Origin: Anaerolineae bacterium
GTDB lineage: Bacteria > Chloroflexota > Anaerolineae > Epilineales > Epilineaceae
Length of the DNA: 64,000 bases
Direction of reading: 5' to 3'
Assembly (NCBI GenBank): GCA_038913135.1
Contig: JBCLES010000001.1
Coordinates: 31,823 to 95,822, forward strand
The first letter of the stretch is position 1; every line of letters begins with the position of its first letter. Below, piece after piece: positions 17,295-25,399 of this stretch. A program made the translations under genes and the position numbers. Below the pieces are notes generated by a model. It made no database searches. It saw nothing but the letters and a program-made list of their open reading frames with translations, and was not told the origin of the DNA.

Positions 17295-18541
17295 TCAATT
17301 TTCGGATCAGATCGGAACGAATTCAGGCTCGGGTTGTCGGTATCCGCATGCGAGTCGCGCTGATTCGTGCGGCGTGGCTGGCTCTAGTGCCCATTCTCGG
17401 ATTTGTCTTGGCCACGATAATCCGACCTGATGTCCGGCTATCCGTTTGGCCGTGGTTCGCGGCCGGAGCGTTGGTGTTCGTCGCCGGCGCCGGCCTTGGG
17501 CGTCGCCAACGAGCAGAGTCCGATGTCATCCGTGAGCTCGACCGGAAGTTAGGACTTGGCGAACTATTGGTCACGGCCGCGGAGGTCGATAGGCGCGGCG
17601 CTAGGACCACGCTGGAGAAACGATTGCTCGACGATGGGGCTGCGGCGATCGCCCGATTCGGCGGCGAGCGCGCTATCTCCGACCGACCGGTGCGGATCGA
17701 GCGGGAAGCATTGATCGGTGTGTGCCTGATCATATTCGGCACGCTGGCCGTCCGCGAGGCGCTGCGTCTTCCGCCGGACCCGGACCGGCTTCCGCCGATC
17801 GCCATCCTGTCTTCGGGGGCCGGGCCAGGCGACGGATCCGGGCCCGGGTCCGAACCGGGTACTGGCGGCGATGGCGACGGTGGTGGATCCGGCACGACAC
17901 CGGGCGGGCGGACGCCTGGGCTCTCACCCATCGCCGGCGCTTTCACGGCGACCGCTGCAGGGTCCGAGACCGCAGCCGCGCTGAACGAAGGCGATGCCCG
18001 CGGCGCGGCGCGCGCGCTACGATCGCTCGCCGATCGAGCCGAGGAACTCTCGCCGGACGGGCGCAAAGCCCTCGGCGACGCGCTTGCGAAGGCCGCCGAA
18101 GACTTCGGCGCGGATGGATCGGAGCTGGCCGAAGCCGCGCGCAGCGCCTCCGATGCGCTTCGAGCGGAGGACGACTCCGCCTCAGAAGGACTGTCCGCTC
18201 TGGCGTCCGCTCTGGATGCTGCGGCCAGCCGCGGTCTCGCCGACTCACCACCGCCCTCCATACGTGAGCGTGAAGGCCCGCCGCTTGATCGACTCCAAGG
18301 CGCGGGCGCCACGTCGAACGATGCGCTGAACTCGAGGGCTAGGCGTGGCGCGGTCGAAAGATCCGCCGCCGGCCGTGGCGGCGCGCCAGACGGCGACTCT
18401 CCAATCGGGCAGAGACGGGCCGGCTCCACCGCCCCTTCGGCGAGTGACGGCGGGACCTCAGGCTTCGGAGGAAAGCTTTCGCCCGAACAACGACCCATCG
18501 TGCTCAGGTATTTCGCTTCACAGAGGGAAGCGGCGCCATGA
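17291..18541 (+). CDS. Membrane protein with an Ala/Asp/Gly-rich low-complexity ectodomain (Bat-like operon member)
   Basis: A GTGA overlap joins it to the upstream gene. There are two N-terminal TM helices and a third at about aa 140. The central region is G/D/S/A-rich and the protein ends with PEQRPIVLRYF. An ATGA overlap joins it to the downstream DUF58 gene. Confidence 0.55.
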   Translation: MINFRIRSERIQARVVGIRMRVALIRAAWLALVPILGFVLATIIRPDVRLSVWPWFAAGALVFVAGAGLGRRQRAESDVIRELDRKLGLGELLVTAAEVDRRGARTTLEKRLLDDGAAAIARFGGERAISDRPVRIEREALIGVCLIIFGTLAVREALRLPPDPDRLPPIAILSSGAGPGDGSGPGSEPGTGGDGDGGGSGTTPGGRTPGLSPIAGAFTATAAGSETAAALNEGDARGAARALRSLADRAEELSPDGRKALGDALAKAAEDFGADGSELAEAARSASDALRAEDDSASEGLSALASALDAAASRGLADSPPPSIREREGPPLDRLQGAGATSNDALNSRARRGAVERSAAGRGGAPDGDSPIGQRRAGSTAPSASDGGTSGFGGKLSPEQRPIVLRYFASQREAAP

Positions 18542-19428
18542 GTGCAGTGCGTCGGATGCAACCTTCCGCTGTGGCGTTTGATGCCGGTTTTCTGCGCCGG
18601 CTCGAACAGCTCAGGTTGAACGCATCCAGACCTACGAGCCCGCTAGGCGAGCGCCCCGGATCGCTCCGCATGCCGGCTTCCGACGTGGTCGATCATCGTC
18701 CCTACACGCCCGGCGATGAAATCAGGCACATCGATTGGCATGCGCTGGCTCGCCACGACGAGTTGATCGTCCGCCTGGGTCGAGTCACTCGCGGGGCCGA
18801 TGTCGCATTGGTACTAGACCGAAGTCCTTCGATGGCGATGGATGATCAAAAGTGGCGCTTGGCGTTGGAGATCTGCGCCGCGATCGGGTGGATCGCGATC
18901 GTCGGCGGCGATCGCGTTCGCCTGTTCGTGATGGATCAGGCATTCGGTGAGACTTGGCGCGGTCCCGCTCAAGCGCCCACGTTCATCGACAAGGTGAGCC
19001 GCCTCGAGCCCGGAACTTCGGGCAGCAGGATCGGTCCTGCCCTCGACCTCGTCAGACGGGAGGAAGGGCGCGGCGGACTCTTGGTCGTAATTTCGGACCT
19101 GTGGCTTGAAGACGATCTCGACGCCTCGATCGCATCACTTTCCGCCCCGCGTTGGGAGACGCATATCGTCCAGATCCTCGCCACCGAGGAGCTTGAGCCG
19201 ACGCTGACCGGACGAATAGCGCTTGTCGACATCGAGTCGGGTGAGAGCCTGGAAATCGTCATCGACGAAGCCGCGCTCACTGCATACACGTCGAATCTGA
19301 GACAGCGATTGGATCATGTCTCGGCGGCGTGCGCGCTCCGCGGGGCATCGCATGCGCTCGTGGGTGCCGATTGGCCTCTCGAAAGGGTCGTCATGCCGCT
19401 CTTGCGCCGCAGGGCGCTTCTTATCTGA
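18538..19428 (+). CDS. DUF58 family protein (MoxR-associated, VWA-like fold)
   Basis: It carries the hallmark motif HRPYTPGDEIRHIDWHALARHDELIVR. Start and stop both overlap neighbouring genes. Confidence 0.85.
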   Translation: MSAVRRMQPSAVAFDAGFLRRLEQLRLNASRPTSPLGERPGSLRMPASDVVDHRPYTPGDEIRHIDWHALARHDELIVRLGRVTRGADVALVLDRSPSMAMDDQKWRLALEICAAIGWIAIVGGDRVRLFVMDQAFGETWRGPAQAPTFIDKVSRLEPGTSGSRIGPALDLVRREEGRGGLLVVISDLWLEDDLDASIASLSAPRWETHIVQILATEELEPTLTGRIALVDIESGESLEIVIDEAALTAYTSNLRQRLDHVSAACALRGASHALVGADWPLERVVMPLLRRRALLI

Positions 19429-21218
19429 TGGAATTCGCTCGTCCGATCGGCGCGCTGGCATTGCTGGCGCTTCCCCTGATCTTGTGGCTCCACCGAGCGC
19501 GCCGAAAGGCGCCGGAGCATGTGGTGCCGTCCCTGCAGCCATGGCTGGTTCTCGTCGCGCGTGCGCCCAAGCGGCGCAGCGTTCCGCCCAGCGTGATGCT
19601 CGCGCTCCGCCTGGCAGCGGCCGCCGCCCTTGCGCTAGCGCTCCTGGAACCGCGACCGAAAGGCGCAGCGGCCGACAACGACGCCGAGGGGCTGGCACTG
19701 TTCATCGACGTAACCACGAGCATGACGGCCGGCGATCGTTGGCCGCGAGCGCTCGAAGCCGCTCGTTCCGCGATCGCTTCGACTTCGGCGCCCGTCTCCC
19801 TCTTAGCATTCGGGCCGCGGCCGCGCCTGCTAGTGCTGCGCGAATCGGGTCCGGCGCGCGCAATGTCGGCGCTTGCCGGCCTCGTTCCGGGCGGCGTTGG
19901 ATACAACCTCGACGAGATCGATAGCCTTATGGACGCCGTAATGGACGGCGGTGCCGACAGATCAGTCATCATCTCGGACCTTCCGCTATCGGCAGCCCCA
20001 AAGATGGCCGAACGAGCGGAGTGGTTGACCATCGGTGCGCCGGAGGACAATCTGGCGATCGTCGCGCTGCGCGCTGGAGTCGATGCCGGATCCACTATGG
20101 TAACGGCCAGAATCGCGAACTATGGCGACGCCGATGTCGATCTGACCGTGGATCTTCGGCTGGACGATATCGAGGTGGCTGACAGTGAAGTGTCCCTCCA
20201 AGCGCGTTCGACAAGGGAGATCGATTGGCGTGTCGAACGCACGGCACGGCGCGCGATCGTTGCGCTAAGGCGATCGGATGGGCAGAGCGACGCGCTCCCC
20301 GCTGATGATATCGCCTACGCAGTCCTCGATCGACCCGACATTCCCGTACAGCTGGTCGGCCGTTCTCCGGCCATCGAGCGCGCGCTGGGCGCGCTGGACG
20401 ATGTGGCGATCGAGCGAGCCGGTCTTGGTACTCTCCGGACACCTGGCGAAGGCGGCGTTGCTGTTTTCGTAGGGGCGATGCCCGACCACCCGCCCGCGGG
20501 CGGACTGATCGTCGTTCCGCAGCCGGGCATTGCTACTCTCGGCGACCCCCCGTCCGCCGACCCCCCGCTTGGCGACGCCGCACCCAATCCGCTGCCGCCG
20601 ACCCTCAGACTCGAAGGCGCCGGACTTCATCCGCTCACGCGCGGTCTCGACCTCGCCGGGGCGATGGTCGAGCCGATCACAGAGGAGGTCGAGCGGGTAG
20701 CGGTGAGCTTGCTCGAAGCTGAGGGCACGCCGGTCATTCGGACCCGCATGAATCCTGAAGACGGGACGCGCGAGTTCTATCTCGATTTCGCACCAGATCG
20801 AGGTGATTTGCGTTCCCGGGCGGCCTTCCCACTTCTAGTAGCAAAGCTGGTCGCCTACGCTGCGCCCGAACGCCCCCCGCTCAGCGTAGACGCCGGTTCA
20901 TGGGTCGCCCTGCCGCCGTGGCCGATCGAACTCGCGGCGCCGGATGAGCGGTTGGAGCTCGCGGGATTTGGAAGCGACCTGACGCAGAGCCCAGGTTGGT
21001 ACTCCGTCCGGTCGCTGGCTCACGATGGGGAGTCGATCGACTTCGCCGTGAACACCGGCGACGCATTGGAAAGCGATCTGGCCGGCACCGGTAGCGGCGA
21101 GAGCGCTTCTCTACCCCTTACGCTAGGTTCTAGCAAACTCGAATGGTGGCGGATCGCCATGCTCGTCGCGTTGCTGGCGATCTTGGCCGAGAGCGCCAAC
21201 CGGCGGATGGGCGCATGA
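19428..21218 (+). CDS. BatA-like protein: N-terminal double-TM domain plus VWA
   Basis: The ATG shares one base with the DUF58 stop (TGATG). The N-terminus MEFARPIGALALLALPLILWLHRARRK fits the aerotolerance-regulator N-terminal double-TM pattern. The MIDAS-like motif is LFIDVTTSM. A C-terminal TM is present. Confidence 0.75.
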   Translation: MEFARPIGALALLALPLILWLHRARRKAPEHVVPSLQPWLVLVARAPKRRSVPPSVMLALRLAAAAALALALLEPRPKGAAADNDAEGLALFIDVTTSMTAGDRWPRALEAARSAIASTSAPVSLLAFGPRPRLLVLRESGPARAMSALAGLVPGGVGYNLDEIDSLMDAVMDGGADRSVIISDLPLSAAPKMAERAEWLTIGAPEDNLAIVALRAGVDAGSTMVTARIANYGDADVDLTVDLRLDDIEVADSEVSLQARSTREIDWRVERTARRAIVALRRSDGQSDALPADDIAYAVLDRPDIPVQLVGRSPAIERALGALDDVAIERAGLGTLRTPGEGGVAVFVGAMPDHPPAGGLIVVPQPGIATLGDPPSADPPLGDAAPNPLPPTLRLEGAGLHPLTRGLDLAGAMVEPITEEVERVAVSLLEAEGTPVIRTRMNPEDGTREFYLDFAPDRGDLRSRAAFPLLVAKLVAYAAPERPPLSVDAGSWVALPPWPIELAAPDERLELAGFGSDLTQSPGWYSVRSLAHDGESIDFAVNTGDALESDLAGTGSGESASLPLTLGSSKLEWWRIAMLVALLAILAESANRRMGA

Positions 21219-21237
21219 GTGAAGCAGCAGGCGCGCA

Positions 21238-23742
21238 ATGATGATTCAAGGCGTCAGCCCGGCCGAGCTCGCCAGCATCATGGCGGTCGCGATCTTTGCC
21301 GGCTGGCTCGTATGGTCGTCGGGCGCTTCGTTGGTGTCGGCGGCGCTTCGCTTTTCGATCGTCGCGGCAGTGGCGGCGGCGCTCGCCGCGCCGGTAGCTG
21401 CGCGTCCTGAAGGGCGGCGGGTAGTCAAGTTGATCGATCGCTCCGACAGCGTCGCATCGCCTTTGGAGGAAGACACTACAGATCGGGCAAATATTAGAAG
21501 TCCGATTTCGATCCACTTCGGAGACGGGTTTGCGAGCGACCTCGCCGGCGCGCTCGACCTCTCCGGCCGCGCCGCCGGAGAGGCGGGGCGAATCGTTCTC
21601 TACAGCGACGGCCACGCGACGGGCACCGAACCGCTGCTGAAGGCCGCCGAGCTGGCCGGCCGCGGTGTGCAGATCGATGTCGTCCCGGTCCGATCGCGTT
21701 TCGAAGACCCGGACGATGTCGCCCTTTACGGTCTCGACGCGCCGAATTTAGTAAGGGTCGGCGACCCGGTGTCGATCATCGCGGGTGTACGCTCGATAGG
21801 TCCGGCAAGCGGCGCAATAGTCGTGCGCGTGAACGATCGCGAGGTGGCGCGGCGTTCATTCGAAATCACCGATTTCGAGCGGACTCATTCGATCGAAGTT
21901 CCGCCACCGCTCAGCGTTGGCGTGCTCGCGATCGATGTCGAAGCAAGTGCTCCGAACGACCCGGAGCCGGATAACAATCGCGCCCGGACGCTCGTCGGCG
22001 TGGTTCGACCGCCTAGAGTTGTGGTAATCGGCGAGGGTACGGCCGTCGTGGCGGCGGCTTCCTACTTGGAGGCAGACGGACTGGAGACGACGATTCTTGG
22101 GCCTACGCGCGTCCCATACCGAGCTGATGATCTCCTGATTTACGATGCGCTGGTCTTGGTGGACACACCTGCGAGCGCGCTGGCCCTAGACCAGCGCGCC
22201 GCGATTGAAGCCGCGGTCGAGACGCACGGCTTGGGGTTGGTCCTCAGCGGCGGGCGCCAAAGCTTCGCGCTCGGCGGCTGGCGCGGGACCGCGCTCGAGC
22301 GGCTGTCGCCGCTGACGATGGATCCGGCGCCGCGCTCTTCGCGCCAACCCGTGACTTTGCTGCTCTTGATAGATCGTTCGGCATCCATGGGGGGCGGGGA
22401 CGGTCGTATCACCAAGCTCGATCTGGCCCGCGAAGCGGCCCTACTGGCCGCGGAAGCCCTTGAGCCGCAGGATCGGATCGGCGTCGTCGCTTACGACGAG
22501 ACTGCGCGCTGGATCATCGAGGCGCGCGAAGTCGGCGTTGGGCTCGCGCTGGCCGAACTTGAAGATGAGTTATCGAAGCTCGATGCGGAGGGTGGGACCC
22601 GAATTCTAGGCGCGCTGGACCTGGGTCTCTCGGCGCTCGCGGCCGAGACCGGCGAGACCCGTCACGCTGTACTCTTCTCGGACGGACGTGATCTCGAAGA
22701 AGACTTGGAGCCTATGCGGGCGGCGGCCGCGGCGGCCGCTGAACGTGGGGTGACCCTATCTACGATCGCGATCGGCGTCGATGCCGACGAGGACTTCTTG
22801 CGTCAGTTGGCGCAACTTGGTCGGGGCCGGTTCCATTCGGCGCTCGAACCGAGCGATCTTCCACGTTTACTGTTGGATGAGGGGGAGATCGTCGGCGGTC
22901 GGGTGGAGCGAAAAACCAATTCGCGTGTAATTTCGGCATCGCCCCGAATCGATGCCGAGTTCGCATCGATCGATCTCAGTGCGCTGTCGCCGATTGAAGG
23001 CCACCTCGCCCTCGAGCCACAACCCGACGCTCGCCGAATCCTCGACACCGACGACGGCGATCCGCTGCTCGTCGCCGGTCAGCGGGGTCTAGGGCACGTG
23101 GTAGCGTGGTCGAGCGACATGGGCGATGATTGGACATCTGCTTGGAGTGCTGACGAGGCAGGCGGCAGAATGTTTGGGCGAATGGTGCGCTCTGTCGCTA
23201 GGAGTCCTGAGTCACCGTTCGAAGTTCGTGTGTCGCCCGCGGAGGGTGGGCTCTTCGTCGAGATCGACATAACGGAACTTGCAATCGAGACCGCGGCTAT
23301 TGATGCTCGGCTCGTCATCACGGATTCGCGCGGCCAAACAAGTTCGTTTGACCTGCAACCGAGCGGAATCGGAGCGCTCGGCGCTGCGGTAAACGTGCCG
23401 GCCGGCGACGCGGTCGCAGGTCGCATCGAACTTGGGGAGGGGGCGAACGGTCTTCGTTGGCCGATGATGCTCAGGCGCGATCCGAACCCGGAATCGATGG
23501 CGCAGCGGGATCCGTCCGGTGTGCTGGAAGACATTGCCCGCGCTGGGGGAGGGCGAGTGCTCGATGCAGGTGCCGGCGCAGAGACGGCCTCCAACGGAGC
23601 AGAGTCGCGAAACATTTCGCTATGGCCGTTCTTCGCCGCATTTGCCGCTATCGCGTGGCCGATAGACATTGCGATTCGAGTCCGGGGCCGTGCTGAGGCC
23701 ACCGCCGATCGCCGCTCGTCGCGAAAACCGATAGGAGCTTGA
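21238..23742 (+). CDS. BatB-like transmembrane VWA protein (834 aa)
   Basis: N-terminal TMs are present. A GATase1/ThuA-like block reads YDALVLVDTPASAL...GLGLVLSGG. The canonical VWA reads LLLLIDRSASMGG...GGTRILGAL...VLFSDG. A C-terminal TM is present. Confidence 0.8.
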   Translation: MMIQGVSPAELASIMAVAIFAGWLVWSSGASLVSAALRFSIVAAVAAALAAPVAARPEGRRVVKLIDRSDSVASPLEEDTTDRANIRSPISIHFGDGFASDLAGALDLSGRAAGEAGRIVLYSDGHATGTEPLLKAAELAGRGVQIDVVPVRSRFEDPDDVALYGLDAPNLVRVGDPVSIIAGVRSIGPASGAIVVRVNDREVARRSFEITDFERTHSIEVPPPLSVGVLAIDVEASAPNDPEPDNNRARTLVGVVRPPRVVVIGEGTAVVAAASYLEADGLETTILGPTRVPYRADDLLIYDALVLVDTPASALALDQRAAIEAAVETHGLGLVLSGGRQSFALGGWRGTALERLSPLTMDPAPRSSRQPVTLLLLIDRSASMGGGDGRITKLDLAREAALLAAEALEPQDRIGVVAYDETARWIIEAREVGVGLALAELEDELSKLDAEGGTRILGALDLGLSALAAETGETRHAVLFSDGRDLEEDLEPMRAAAAAAAERGVTLSTIAIGVDADEDFLRQLAQLGRGRFHSALEPSDLPRLLLDEGEIVGGRVERKTNSRVISASPRIDAEFASIDLSALSPIEGHLALEPQPDARRILDTDDGDPLLVAGQRGLGHVVAWSSDMGDDWTSAWSADEAGGRMFGRMVRSVARSPESPFEVRVSPAEGGLFVEIDITELAIETAAIDARLVITDSRGQTSSFDLQPSGIGALGAAVNVPAGDAVAGRIELGEGANGLRWPMMLRRDPNPESMAQRDPSGVLEDIARAGGGRVLDAGAGAETASNGAESRNISLWPFFAAFAAIAWPIDIAIRVRGRAEATADRRSSRKPIGA

Positions 23743-23743
23743 A

Positions 23744-24745
23744 ATGACCGCACGCTCAGCGCTGACGACGGGCCTCGATCCCGACGAGTTTCGGCGCGAT
23801 TTCGATAGGATCGAGACGGAGATTGGACGGGTCATCGTTGGCCACGAAGAGGTCGTCCGGATGACCATCACCGCGCTCGTAGCGGGTGGGCACGTCCTGA
23901 TCGAGGGTGTACCGGGACTCGGCAAGACCTTGCTCATGAGGACGCTAGCATCGGCGATCGACGGGCTATTCAGCCGCATTCAATGTACGCCGGACTTGAT
24001 GCCGGCCGATATCATCGGAACAAATATCTTGCACGAGACTGGTGACGGACAGCGGTCATTCCGCTTCGAGCCCGGACCGGTGTTCGCCAACCTCGTTCTT
24101 TCCGACGAAGTGAATCGCGCTACCCCGAAGACGCAGTCCGCGCTCCTCGAGGCGATGCAGGAGCGAACGGTGACGGTCGGCAAGCGAAGTTATCGGTTGC
24201 CGGAGCCGTTCATCGTGTTGGCGACACAGAATCCTATCGAGATGGAAGGCACTTTTCCACTGCCTGAGGCGCAGCTCGATCGCTTCTTATTCAAATTGCA
24301 TGTCCCATTCCCGTCGACGGACGAGCTCGTGACAATCGCCGAACGCACAACAGGCGCGATAGAGCCCTTTGCGGACAAGGTGGTGGACGTCGAACGTATT
24401 CTTGCGATGGCGGCGCTGGCGCGCGACGTGCCTATCGCTAGGCCTGTCATGGAGTACGCCGCCCGATTGATCAAGGCGACCCAGCCCGGGGATCCAACTG
24501 CGACGCCGTCGGTGCGCGAACACGTCCGTGTCGGCGCAAGCCCGCGCGGCTTGCAGTCGATAGTGGTCGGAGCGAAGATCCACGCATTGCTCGACGATCG
24601 GCACCACGTTTCACAATCGGACATCAGGACGATGGTGGTGCCTGCGCTCCGCCATAGGCTGATTCTGCGCTTCACCGCCCGAGCCCAGGGGGTGGAGCCC
24701 AACGACATCCTTGGCGAAATAGTCAGGACTATCGGCGAAGCCTGA
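23744..24745 (+). CDS. MoxR-family AAA+ ATPase
   Basis: Motifs are IVGHEEVV...HVLIEGVPGLGKT (Walker A), [22 protein letters not shown] (Walker B / sensor) and [13 protein letters not shown] lies 7 nt upstream. The start is 1 nt after the preceding stop. Confidence 0.9.
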   Translation: MTARSALTTGLDPDEFRRDFDRIETEIGRVIVGHEEVVRMTITALVAGGHVLIEGVPGLGKTLLMRTLASAIDGLFSRIQCTPDLMPADIIGTNILHETGDGQRSFRFEPGPVFANLVLSDEVNRATPKTQSALLEAMQERTVTVGKRSYRLPEPFIVLATQNPIEMEGTFPLPEAQLDRFLFKLHVPFPSTDELVTIAERTTGAIEPFADKVVDVERILAMAALARDVPIARPVMEYAARLIKATQPGDPTATPSVREHVRVGASPRGLQSIVVGAKIHALLDDRHHVSQSDIRTMVVPALRHRLILRFTARAQGVEPNDILGEIVRTIGEA

Positions 24746-24763
24746 AAGGGCCGATCGCCTGTC

Positions 24764-25399
24764 TCAACCGTCGTCGCGACGGACGCCCAACTCCCGTTCC
24801 AAGCGCTCCATCGTTTCGGCTCCTTCGGCGGTGGCGTCGTCGTGGCCAAGCAGATGCAGAAGGCCATGGACCGCCAGCAGCTGCACTTCGTCGATGAGCG
24901 AGTGTCCTGCCTCCGCGGCGCCCTCCGCCGCTACGGGCACGGCTATAGCGATGTCGCCAAGATAGCCGGCGCTGTCCTCAGGAAGCCAGACGGAATCGTC
25001 AGGGTCGTCCTCCGATCGGAACGACAGCACATCCGTGGTCATGTCGCGTCCTCTGTGTTCCCGATTGAGTCGGTGCAGAGCGTCTTCGCCGCTCAACATC
25101 ACCCCGATGTCGGTACCCGGCGGCACTCCAAGCCGAGCCATTGCGTCGTCGAGCGCGTCGGTTATGCCTGCTGCCAGAACATCGAGCACTTCCATCGCGA
25201 CTCCGCTCTCCGCGGATTCCGGATCGACAAGCTCATGGTCGATGATCACGGTTACAGCATAGACGGGGTCTGTTCCGCCACCGTGGCTGCCGACTGCACC
25301 GCCGTCGGGGCCGCCGCTTGGGCCGCCCACGTGGCTGCCGACTGGACCGTCGACATGGCCGTCGGCTGCTCCACCGTCATCGCTCACACCGGCCATCAC
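24764..25399 (-). CDS. ybeY: rRNA maturation endoribonuclease YbeY with a Gly-rich N-terminal extension
   Basis: The zinc motif is HGLLHLLGHDD. The start overlaps the pgpH stop (GTGATG). The first ~45 aa are a G/H/V/D/P-rich low-complexity extension. Confidence 0.85.
   Translation of the reverse strand: MMAGVSDDGGAADGHVDGPVGSHVGGPSGGPDGGAVGSHGGGTDPVYAVTVIIDHELVDPESAESGVAMEVLDVLAAGITDALDDAMARLGVPPGTDIGVMLSGEDALHRLNREHRGRDMTTDVLSFRSEDDPDDSVWLPEDSAGYLGDIAIAVPVAAEGAAEAGHSLIDEVQLLAVHGLLHLLGHDDATAEGAETMERLERELGVRRDDG

Noticed and set aside
17323-18561. 412-aa ORF antisense to the 17291-18541 gene
   Set aside because: It is a Pro/Ser/Ala/Arg-rich shadow ORF of the kind high-GC DNA produces. The plus-strand gene is chained by start/stop overlaps to its neighbours and has TM helices and a conserved-looking C-terminus.
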